Shown: positions 43,534 to 50,766 of the stretch, in pieces | How positions within the stretch are numbered: the first letter of the stretch is position 1 | How the letters are laid out: each line of letters opens with the position of its first letter | Source: a virus | Length of the DNA stretch: 58,222 nt | Virus record (IMG/VR): IMGVR_UViG_3300011441_000010 | Direction: 5' to 3' (one strand) | Translations under genes and position numbers: made by a program | The notes under the pieces: generated by a model | The model's database searches: none | Told to the model about the DNA's origin: nothing | Seen by the model: only the letters and a program-made list of their open reading frames with translations

Positions 43534-43606
43534 GTCTCGGTAGCTCAACGGCAGAGCACCCCCGGATAAGGGGGAAGCGCTGCGGGTTCGAATCCCGCCC
43601 GGGGCA
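43534..43606 (+). tRNA. tRNA-like gene 2 with non-canonical anticodon loop (GAU/Ile-like, but a 6- or 8-nt loop and no U33)
   Basis: Hand fold: acceptor GTCTCGG/CCGGGGC (2 G-U pairs), D arm GCTC-AACGGCA-GAGC, T arm GCGGG-TTCGAAT-CCCGC. The anticodon arm is CCCCC-GGATAA-GGGGG. Confidence 0.55.
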
Positions 43607-43669
43607 CACGATGGCGGTCTACCCGAACCCCTGACTGCCGGGGGCACGTCAGTAGGCGGGAGACCGCCA

Positions 43670-43685
43670 TCCTAGCGTCCTAGGA
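43670..43685. promoter_or_regulatory. 16-bp palindromic operator-like site TCCTAG-CGTC-CTAGGA
   Basis: Third copy of the same architecture, preceded by CA. It overlaps the SD region 8 nt upstream of ATG 43694. Confidence 0.5.
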
Positions 43686-43693
43686 AGGTCCAG

Positions 43694-45751
43694 ATGCACG
43701 CCAAGATCGAGATCATGGGTCAGCGAATGGAACTCGCCACCTCGCACCCGTTCGCGGGTCTGGATGCCGAGATCCCAGGCGCGTACTACTCCGCCCGCAA
43801 GCGCCGGTGGAGTCTCCCCCTCGGGATGGCCGTGTGCCGTAACGTCCGGGAGGTCTTCGGACCGGACTTGGAGATCGGCCCCAAGCTCACCGCGTGGGCT
43901 CGCATGGAGATCGAGCGGGAGCAGTCCCAGCGGGCTCTCGGACGGACCCTTGCGGCCGTGCCGCTACCGGGGGTAGAGGCTAGGTCCCCTAGGCTCGCGC
44001 AGGCGCTCCTGAGCCGCCCCTACCAGACCTCCGGCGCTCGCTTCGTGGCGGACGGCCGATGGACCCTCATCGCCGACACCCCGGGTCTCGGGAAGACCAC
44101 GGAGGCCATCGCGGGCGTCGTGGAGTCCGGCGTCTCCGGCCCGTTCCTCGTGGCTGCTCCGGTGGCGGCGATGAACGACGCGTGGGAGCGGGAGATCATC
44201 GCCCGTCTCGGCGACTCCGCCCGCGTGGCTGTCATCACCGGCTCCAAGACGCAGCGGGAAGCCAAGCTGCACAGGGCTTTCCACGGGGGCTCCCGGGAGA
44301 ACCTGTGGGTCATCACCAACATCGAGATGCTGCGGACGAAGATCTGGTGGGTCTGCCCGGAGTGCGAGCAGAAGTGGGTCGCCTCCGATAAGCCGAAGTC
44401 CACCGTAGTCGACTGCGGTCATAACCCCAACAAGGTGAAGGTCGAGAAGGACCACCAGTTCCCCATCCTGTTCGACGTCCAGTGGGGCGCACTCATCATG
44501 GACGAGTGCCAGCGGATTCTGTTGCGGAACACCGGTAGTAGCACGCAGACCCGGAAGGGCGCGATGCTCCTGGAGATGCTCCCAGAGGGGCTGCGGGTGG
44601 CGCTCTCCGGTACGCCGATGCGCGGTAAGCCGCAACGCCTCTGGGGCGTGCTGAACTGGCTCCGGCCCGACATCTTCAAGGGGTACTGGTCATGGGTCGA
44701 GAGGGCCTGGGACGTCAGCCAGACTGGCTACGGCGGAGCGCGGGTCATCGGTAGGTTTCGCGAGGAGCGCCGGGCAGCCTTCGAGGCAGACCTGGATCGG
44801 TACATGCTCCGCCGGACGAAGCAGGAAGTCTCCCCCGGGCTACCGCCCAAGGCGTACATGGGGACTCCGCTAGAACCGTTGAACCCCAACAGTCCCGTGG
44901 CGGTCTGGCTCCCTATGGAGGACAAGCAGGCTCGGGCGTACCGCGAGATGCTGATGCTATCCGCCACCCAGCTTGACGAGGGTCATCTCAACGCGGTCGG
45001 CATTCTGGCGCAGATAACCCGGATGAAGCAGTTCTCCTCCACGTACGGCCGGATGGAGACGGTGCGTCGCCGGATCACCGGCGAACGCGAGGCATCCCAG
45101 CGCGCCTACCGGAGGGCTCGCGGAGCGCCAGACCTCCCGGATGAACTGTGGGAGGACATCGAGGTCTTCCGGCCGGAGTTCCCCAGCAACAAGTGGGACT
45201 GGCTGGAGCAGTGGCTCCGAGAGCGAAACCTGCTCGGCGAGGATGACGCCGATGAGATGCCCGACACCAAGGTGGTCATAGTCTCGCACTTCACCTCCAT
45301 CCTGAAGCTGATCTCGGATCGGCTCGTGGAGCTGAAGTCCAAGCATGCCATGGTGACCGGCGAGGTTACCGGGGTCGGCCGACAGAGCCGGATCGACAAG
45401 TTCAACGACCCCATCTCGGGCATCAACATCATGCTGCTCAACACAATCGCGGGCGGAGTGGCGCTCACGCTCGATGCGGCCGACGACATGGTGTTCCTGG
45501 ATGAGACGCACGTCCCAGACGATCAGGAGCAGGCTGAGGGGCGGATCGACAACCGGCGTCCCGAGGACAAGATTGTCCAGCGTCGGTACTGGTACCTGAA
45601 GTCCATTGGGTCGATCGATGAGGCGATTGCCCGGAAGAACATGGAGAAGGACGCAGACCAGAAACAGCATCTCGATGGCCGTCGTGGAGTGGAGTACGCT
45701 CGGGAAGTCTTCGCAACCATGCGGGAGTTGGCCGAGAGGGGGAACAAGTGA
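43694..45751 (+). CDS. SNF2-family (SWI2/SNF2) helicase/ATPase with inserted zinc-ribbon
   Basis: Motif I DTPGLGKT, motif II IMDECQRI, an insert CPECEQKW...DCGH, and C-terminal helicase motifs. Confidence 0.85.
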   Translation: MHAKIEIMGQRMELATSHPFAGLDAEIPGAYYSARKRRWSLPLGMAVCRNVREVFGPDLEIGPKLTAWARMEIEREQSQRALGRTLAAVPLPGVEARSPRLAQALLSRPYQTSGARFVADGRWTLIADTPGLGKTTEAIAGVVESGVSGPFLVAAPVAAMNDAWEREIIARLGDSARVAVITGSKTQREAKLHRAFHGGSRENLWVITNIEMLRTKIWWVCPECEQKWVASDKPKSTVVDCGHNPNKVKVEKDHQFPILFDVQWGALIMDECQRILLRNTGSSTQTRKGAMLLEMLPEGLRVALSGTPMRGKPQRLWGVLNWLRPDIFKGYWSWVERAWDVSQTGYGGARVIGRFREERRAAFEADLDRYMLRRTKQEVSPGLPPKAYMGTPLEPLNPNSPVAVWLPMEDKQARAYREMLMLSATQLDEGHLNAVGILAQITRMKQFSSTYGRMETVRRRITGEREASQRAYRRARGAPDLPDELWEDIEVFRPEFPSNKWDWLEQWLRERNLLGEDDADEMPDTKVVIVSHFTSILKLISDRLVELKSKHAMVTGEVTGVGRQSRIDKFNDPISGINIMLLNTIAGGVALTLDAADDMVFLDETHVPDDQEQAEGRIDNRRPEDKIVQRRYWYLKSIGSIDEAIARKNMEKDADQKQHLDGRRGVEYAREVFATMRELAERGNK

Positions 45752-45885
45752 GACGGGAACTGATCGCTCTGGCGGGGCTTCTGCTGGCCCTTGCCGTGAT
45801 GATTCTGGCAGGGGCACTCTCGGATAGCCAGACGCCCTCAACGCCGCCCTCTGTGGCTCCTAGGCCACCTGCAGTAGGCCGGTAG
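45748..45885 (+). CDS. possible 45-aa membrane micro-protein
   Basis: GTG overlaps the helicase stop (GTGA). Hand translation VRRELIALAGLLLALAVMILAGAL... Confidence 0.35.
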   Translation: MRRELIALAGLLLALAVMILAGALSDSQTPSTPPSVAPRPPAVGR

Positions 45886-46097
45886 TGCTCACGGTCTTTG
45901 GGCTCGCTTGCCTGGGCGGAGCGCTCGCCCTCGCGTGGTTGCTAGGAGCGTATGACGGCCGGGAGAGAGAGCGTCGCCGAATCGCAGCCGGGCAGTTCTC
46001 CCGGTGGGAGGCAGAACTTATGCGCTCCCAACGGGTACGGGTCCACCCCAATCCGGAAGCAGCCGGAAGGGCAAGCCGGGCAAGGTTTTCCCGGTAG
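45885..46097 (+). CDS. small membrane protein
   Basis: 70 aa, N-terminus LTVFGLACLGGALALAWLLGA. The start overlaps the upstream TAG (TAGTG). Confidence 0.4.
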   Translation: MLTVFGLACLGGALALAWLLGAYDGRERERRRIAAGQFSRWEAELMRSQRVRVHPNPEAAGRASRARFSR

Positions 46098-46122
46098 AAA
46101 GTGAAAAGAAAGTTCACAGAAG

Positions 46123-46151
46123 TAGCTCCACCTCCGGACCTACGGTAGAGT
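46123..46151 (+). promoter_or_regulatory. promoter-like TAGCTC-N17-TAGAGT (no GAAGTT hairpin)
   Basis: -35-like 46123-46128, -10-like 46146-46151, ATG at 46181. Confidence 0.45.
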
Positions 46152-46180
46152 TCGGAGCGAGACGAGGAGGAACGGAAGAC

Positions 46181-46642
46181 ATGGCGAAACCCCCGAGCAC
46201 GGCAGCCGCGAACTACGAAGAGCCGGACTTCAAGCACTACGTCGAGAAGCCCGCCACCGCGACCCAGGAGCACTTCCACGACTGGGTTCTGGACAAGACC
46301 GGCTACGACCCGGCGACGGCGAAGACGAAGGCTGCGGCCTTCGAGGCGGGCATCAGGATCGGCACCAGCCTCCGGGGGCTGCACCAGGCGTCGCCGGAGA
46401 ACCAGGAGCGGCTCGCCGAGCAGCGTGCCGCGTCGGCTGACGCCAAGGCCGCGAAGGAGGCGGAGGCCGCCAACGCTGCCGCTGCCCCGGCGAAGGCCGC
46501 GCCTGCCAAGGCGACGAAGGCTACGAAGGCTGCGGCTCCGGTCGTTCCGCCGGTGGAGACTGCCCCGCCGGTCAAGCGTGCCCCCGCCAAGAAGACCGGT
46601 GGCCGCCGTGCCGCCGCGACGGACGCCCCGGCTCCGTTCTAA
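46181..46642 (+). CDS. DNA-binding-like protein with A/K/P-rich histone-H1-like C-terminal tail
   Basis: ATG 46181 after GAGGAGGAA. The C-terminal 70 aa is AAKEAEAANAAAAPAKAAPAKATKATKAAAP...KRAPAKKTGGRRAAA. Confidence 0.55.
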   Translation: MAKPPSTAAANYEEPDFKHYVEKPATATQEHFHDWVLDKTGYDPATAKTKAAAFEAGIRIGTSLRGLHQASPENQERLAEQRAASADAKAAKEAEAANAAAAPAKAAPAKATKATKAAAPVVPPVETAPPVKRAPAKKTGGRRAAATDAPAPF

Positions 46643-46662
46643 AGCACTACCGCACCGGTGAA

Positions 46663-46696
46663 GGGGAGCCCGCGTCAGGCGGGGTGCGGGCTCCCC
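46663..46696 (+). terminator. intrinsic terminator
   Basis: GGGGAGCCCGC (46663-46673) pairs with GCGGGCTCCCC (46686-46696). Confidence 0.7.
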
Positions 46697-46723
46697 TGCC
46701 AGAAGTCCTTGTGTAGCTTGGAG

Positions 46724-46779
46724 TCTGCCGGGGTTGAGCTCTCGTGCTTCCCCCTTGTCGCGGAGTCTCCCCCGGCAGA
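46724..46779 (+). promoter_or_regulatory. 10-bp inverted repeat in the long leader of the winged-helix gene
   Basis: TCTGCCGGGG (46724-46733) and CCCCGGCAGA (46770-46779). A TAGCTT -10-like lies at 46714-46719, and GGAGTCT is repeated directly. Confidence 0.45.
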
Positions 46780-46813
46780 CCCCTAGCCCCGCAAAGAGTC
46801 CAAGGAGACCAGC

Positions 46814-47155
46814 ATGGGCGGTACAGCAGGCCGGAGGATCATCCGGCCGAGACTGATCGAGTTCCTGGTGAAGTCGCCGGGATCACAGCACTTCGTCGCC
46901 GATCTGGCAGCGGGATTCGATGTCAGCGAGAAGCAGATGCAGGAGTGCATCTCTGGCATCCTCCGCGAGGACCAGTTGCCGGGTCTGGAGGTGAAGATCG
47001 CGGGTAGGTCTTGGATCTACCGGCCGTCAGCATCCAAGGCCAAGGAGGCAGCCGCTACGCGTCGGGTCTTCGAGGAGTTGGCGACGGCGAAGGGCGGAGA
47101 CCTGATCATCCAGGACCAGGACGGGAACCTCTACCGGGCGAAGGAGTTGGAGTAG
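46814..47155 (+). CDS. winged-helix DNA-binding protein, candidate transcription regulator
   Basis: 113 aa. IIRPRLIEFLVKSPGSQHFVADLAAGFDVSEKQMQECISGILRE...WIYRP fits a wHTH layout. Confidence 0.55.
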   Translation: MGGTAGRRIIRPRLIEFLVKSPGSQHFVADLAAGFDVSEKQMQECISGILREDQLPGLEVKIAGRSWIYRPSASKAKEAAATRRVFEELATAKGGDLIIQDQDGNLYRAKELE

Positions 47156-48336
47156 TGCCGAAACGCCCCGCCCGTACGCCCCTCGGGCTACCCATCATCC
47201 GGACGTCGGAACGTCGGGACTTCCTTCAGTGCTGGTGGAAGTGGTACCACGCCTGGAGAATGGGACTCAAGCCGCTAGGGCAGGAGGCTACGCCGCTGCT
47301 CTTCGGGACCTGGGTCCACATAGCCCTCGCGGAGTACTACCTGCCCGGCCTGAAGCGCGGTCCGCACCCTGCGGAGACCTTCGAGCGGGTAGCGGAGGCG
47401 GAGCTGATGTTCATCCGCACCGAAGCTCGCTCGCGTGGGATCTCAGCCCCGGGCGGAACGGAGTTCCTGATTGAGGAGAAGTTGGTTCCTGCCAAGGAAC
47501 TGGGCCTCATCATGCTGGATGGGTACGTCAAGCACTGGGGTGACGACCGACGCTGGAACGTGATCGAACCGGAGCGGTCCGGGCAGGTCGACATCCCGGA
47601 CCCTCGCGACCCCGACAAGATCATCGCAATCTACGCCTTCACCTATGACCTCGTGTACCGCGACGAGGAGGACGGTTTCGTCAAGCTGGGCGAGCACAAG
47701 ACCGCCAAATCCCTTGTGCTAGACCATCTCCCGCTGGACCCGCAGGCGGGCTCCTACTGGGCCGTGGCGGAACCGCACCTCCGCAAGGAGGGTCTCATGG
47801 GGCCGAAGGAGCGCCTGCATGGGATTGAGTACAACTTCCTGATCAAGCGCCTGCCGGACGAGCGACCGAAGACCCGCGAGGGATACGCGACCAACCTTCC
47901 CAAGAAGGAACACTACATCGCAGCCCTCGCAGACCACTCGATCTATGAGGTCATCCATCGGGAGAAGACTGTTCCGGCCGAGAAGGCCACCATGGAGACT
48001 CTGGCCAACGTGGCCAACAACCTGAACCTCACGGTGCTCGGCGAGATCTCCGCCAACCAGCCCAAGCCCTTGTTCCATCGGGAGTTCGTGGACCGGACGA
48101 TCGGGGAGCGCCAATCCCAGATCAAGCGCATCCAGGATGAGGCGCTGATCATGGATCTGTTGCGGCGCAAGGAGATTCCGCTCACGAAGTCCACCGATCG
48201 GTTCTGCTCCTGGTGCAACTTCAACGCCCTCTGCACCCTGGACGAGCAGAACCGCGACACGACCGACCTCCGGGAAGCGCTGTTCAGGCAGCAGGACCCC
48301 TACGCGGCGCACAGAAAAAGCACGGAGGAGGAGTAG
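47155..48336 (+). CDS. Cas4/RecB-family PD-(D/E)XK exonuclease
   Basis: GTG 47155 overlaps the upstream TAG. D...EHKTAK nuclease motif, one N-terminal Cys plus C-terminal CSWCNFNALC (Fe-S cluster pattern). Confidence 0.75.
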   Translation: MPKRPARTPLGLPIIRTSERRDFLQCWWKWYHAWRMGLKPLGQEATPLLFGTWVHIALAEYYLPGLKRGPHPAETFERVAEAELMFIRTEARSRGISAPGGTEFLIEEKLVPAKELGLIMLDGYVKHWGDDRRWNVIEPERSGQVDIPDPRDPDKIIAIYAFTYDLVYRDEEDGFVKLGEHKTAKSLVLDHLPLDPQAGSYWAVAEPHLRKEGLMGPKERLHGIEYNFLIKRLPDERPKTREGYATNLPKKEHYIAALADHSIYEVIHREKTVPAEKATMETLANVANNLNLTVLGEISANQPKPLFHREFVDRTIGERQSQIKRIQDEALIMDLLRRKEIPLTKSTDRFCSWCNFNALCTLDEQNRDTTDLREALFRQQDPYAAHRKSTEEE

Positions 48337-48656
48337 TGCCAAGGGGCATCTATCCGAGAAGGACCGGAACGAGCTACAACGCCAAGCATATCCGTGTTCG
48401 GAAGGCTCGCGGTCTCGCCCGGAATCAGGTCTGCGAAAGCTGCCCCGACAAAGCAGCCGAGTGGGCAACCATCAAGGGTCGAGACGGTATGAACCCCGAG
48501 GACTACATGCCGCTCTGCCGCTCCTGCCACCAGAAGTACGACTTCAAGCCCGAGAACATTCAGGACGCGACAGCTGCGAAGATCGGCAGGCCGAGACCTG
48601 ACACGGCTGCTATGAATCGCGCTCGCGCCCACCGCAAGTCCACCGAGGAGGACTAA
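48336..48656 (+). CDS. HNH homing-type endonuclease 1
   Basis: GTG 48336 (TAGTG overlap). CESCPDKAAEW...DYMPLCRSCHQKYD is an HNH pattern. Confidence 0.8.
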   Translation: MPRGIYPRRTGTSYNAKHIRVRKARGLARNQVCESCPDKAAEWATIKGRDGMNPEDYMPLCRSCHQKYDFKPENIQDATAAKIGRPRPDTAAMNRARAHRKSTEED

Positions 48657-49159
48657 TGCCTAGCATCACGATCCCGCGCCAGGCCCGAGGGACGACCGGG
48701 ACCAAGCGTCAGAGCCATGACAACAAGCGCGCCATCAGCCAGATCCGGTCCGCCGGTAAGGCGTGGCGGGCGGAGGAGCGCAAGCGCCGGAGCTACCGCG
48801 ACGCGGGCAGCGTCTCGGTGCCGACCGCGCGTCTGATCATCGAGACGCTCCCGACGTCGCAGAAGCCCTCCTTGGTCTCCGTGTTCGGACAGCTGGGGGT
48901 CGGCGAGACCGCTACGATGCCCGCTCACCGCCTGTCGCCGCGTCAGGGTAGGCGACTGCGGCGCCGTGGGGTCCAGGTCGTGCAGCAGGCCGTCAACGTT
49001 CTGAAGGCCGAGCAGGCACGGCTCGCCAAGGCGGCTCGGGACGAGGAGAGCCGTCAGCTCAAGCTGGGCGTCAAGACCCGGTGCAACGCCCGGACCAAGC
49101 TGGGCCTCCAGTGCCGCAAGTCGGCCGTGGCGGACGGCTACTGCGCGACGCACGGGTAA
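48656..49159 (+). CDS. basic protein with Arg-rich N-terminal part and C-terminal Cys3-His zinc-ribbon-like motif
   Basis: 167 aa. AGKAWRAEERKRRSYRD, and C-terminus CNARTKLGLQCRKSAVADGYCATHG. Confidence 0.55.
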   Translation: MPSITIPRQARGTTGTKRQSHDNKRAISQIRSAGKAWRAEERKRRSYRDAGSVSVPTARLIIETLPTSQKPSLVSVFGQLGVGETATMPAHRLSPRQGRRLRRRGVQVVQQAVNVLKAEQARLAKAARDEESRQLKLGVKTRCNARTKLGLQCRKSAVADGYCATHG

Positions 49160-49162
49160 GCC

Positions 49163-49354
49163 GTGCAGAGCATGAAGGTCCGGGGATTCCAGGACGCGGA
49201 GGGGTTGCGCCTGCGGGCGATGAAGCTCCGGGCGCTCGGGCGGATCTCCGGCGAGGACGAGAGGTTCATCACCACGAGGGCTGAGGAGATCATGGCCAGG
49301 ATCGTGGCTATGGAAGAGGTCGGCCCATCCGGCGACCCGATCGAGGAGGCGTAA
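49163..49354 (+). CDS. small hypothetical protein (start 49163 GTG or 49172 ATG)
   Basis: 63-aa ORF. The stop overlaps the next ATG (TAATG). Confidence 0.45.
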   Translation: MQSMKVRGFQDAEGLRLRAMKLRALGRISGEDERFITTRAEEIMARIVAMEEVGPSGDPIEEA

Positions 49355-50217
49355 TGGCCGAGAGGTCCAAGCTTGAGGTGGACCTGGAGGGCTTCCAGGA
49401 GTCCAAGAACATCATGGTGCACTCGTGGCCGGGGCAGGGAAAGACGGTGTGGGCGACTGGCGCTCCGAACTGCTCCCTGTTCTCGGCGGAGCCGGGTGCG
49501 ATCTCGGCGAAGCTCTACGGGCGGAAGGGCGTCGGTCTGGTCCGCATCAAGGAGTGGGCCGACATGGTCGCCGTTCGGCAGGAAATGGAGCGCGGTCGAT
49601 TCGACCACCGAACGTGGCTTATCATCGACACTATCTCCAGCCTGCAGAACAAGAACCAGAACTCAGTGCTGGACAAGGCAGTCGCGGATAACCCCAAGCG
49701 CGACCCCGACATCCCGGCGATCCAGGACTACCAGAAGCAGCAGAACTCCCTGAAGCGGCTCGTGGAGTACATCGTGGACTACCCGATCAACACGATCTGG
49801 CTGGCCCACACGCTGCGGATCGAAGACCAGGACGGCGGAGCGATGTTCATCCCCACCATCCTGGGCGGAGCCGACAAGGGCTATCCGGTCGCCAACTACG
49901 TCATGGGCCTCATGAACGCGGTGGGGTACATGGAGATGCGCGGGAAGACCGTCACCGAGGGGGAGGTCAAGAAGCGTACGATGGTACGGCGCATCCTCTG
50001 GCAGCCGTACCACGACGAGGAGAAGGACACCCGGTACGTCGCCAAGGATCACTTCGGGGCGTTCGGCCGGTTCACCGATGACCTGGACTTCGCGGGGCAC
50101 ATGGCGTTGATCGCCGAGAAGCAGCGCGTAGCCGACGAAGAGGCAGAGCCGGAGCCGACCGCTCCGCCCGCCGCAAAGAAGGCTCCGGCACGTCGCCGGG
50201 CCGCAGCGAACGCATAG
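49354..50217 (+). CDS. RecA-like/Sak4-like AAA ATPase
   Basis: Walker A SWPGQGKTV and Walker B WLIIDTIS. A basic tail follows an acidic linker. Confidence 0.7.
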   Translation: MAERSKLEVDLEGFQESKNIMVHSWPGQGKTVWATGAPNCSLFSAEPGAISAKLYGRKGVGLVRIKEWADMVAVRQEMERGRFDHRTWLIIDTISSLQNKNQNSVLDKAVADNPKRDPDIPAIQDYQKQQNSLKRLVEYIVDYPINTIWLAHTLRIEDQDGGAMFIPTILGGADKGYPVANYVMGLMNAVGYMEMRGKTVTEGEVKKRTMVRRILWQPYHDEEKDTRYVAKDHFGAFGRFTDDLDFAGHMALIAEKQRVADEEAEPEPTAPPAAKKAPARRRAAANA

Positions 50218-50232
50218 CGAGGAGAGACCGAC

Positions 50233-50766
50233 ATGGGCAAGATCAAGTGGAACACCAAGGGCGCCGAAGTCGACGCTGTCGAGCCGAAGGAGCAGGGGGA
50301 AACCTTCGAGCCGTATGACGGTCCGGTGCCCCCCAACAACTCCGTGCTCATCTGCGACGTGAAGTGGGCCCGGGTCACGGAGTTCGCCTCCGGCAACGGC
50401 GGTCTCAAGCTCCTGCTGATCGTGAACGAGCCGGAGGTCTCGCCGAAGAAGCGTTACAACGGCTGCCCCCTCTTCGAGAACCTGGTGGACATCGACACCC
50501 AGGACTGGAAGATTCGCCAGTGGATGGACGCGATCGGCGGCACCGGCAAGGACTGGGACAACTGCGTCACCGAGAAGGACGACCAGGACAACGACGTCAT
50601 CGTCAAGTTCGGCAAGGTGAAGGCCGACGGTCTGAAGGTCCGGATCCAGACGCAGCAGGAGACCTACGACGGCGAGAAGCGTGCGAAGGTGCGCAGCTAC
50701 CTCTCGAAGGCGTCCGCGTCGGCGAGCGCCAGCAGCACCGCAGACGGCGATGAGCCGCCGTTCTAG
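50233..50766 (+). CDS. DUF669-like putative ssDNA-binding protein
   Basis: ETFEPYDGPVPPNNSVLICDVKW...GGLKLLLIVNEP pattern, an acidic C-terminal tip DGDEPPF, and synteny with the Sak4-like ATPase. Confidence 0.5.
   Translation: MGKIKWNTKGAEVDAVEPKEQGETFEPYDGPVPPNNSVLICDVKWARVTEFASGNGGLKLLLIVNEPEVSPKKRYNGCPLFENLVDIDTQDWKIRQWMDAIGGTGKDWDNCVTEKDDQDNDVIVKFGKVKADGLKVRIQTQQETYDGEKRAKVRSYLSKASASASASSTADGDEPPF

Noticed and set aside
43293-43606. The two T-arm/acceptor elements could be the ends of a tmRNA (one-piece or permuted)
   Set aside because: Each element folds into its own complete cloverleaf, including a D arm. I could not find a resume codon or a tag ORF ending in a typical hydrophobic ...AA tail in the 166-nt spacer.
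43293-43606. The tRNA-like sequences could be an attP core for integration into a host tRNA gene
   Set aside because: No integrase, excisionase or repressor gene is recognisable anywhere in the genome. Both elements are full-length rather than 3' fragments.
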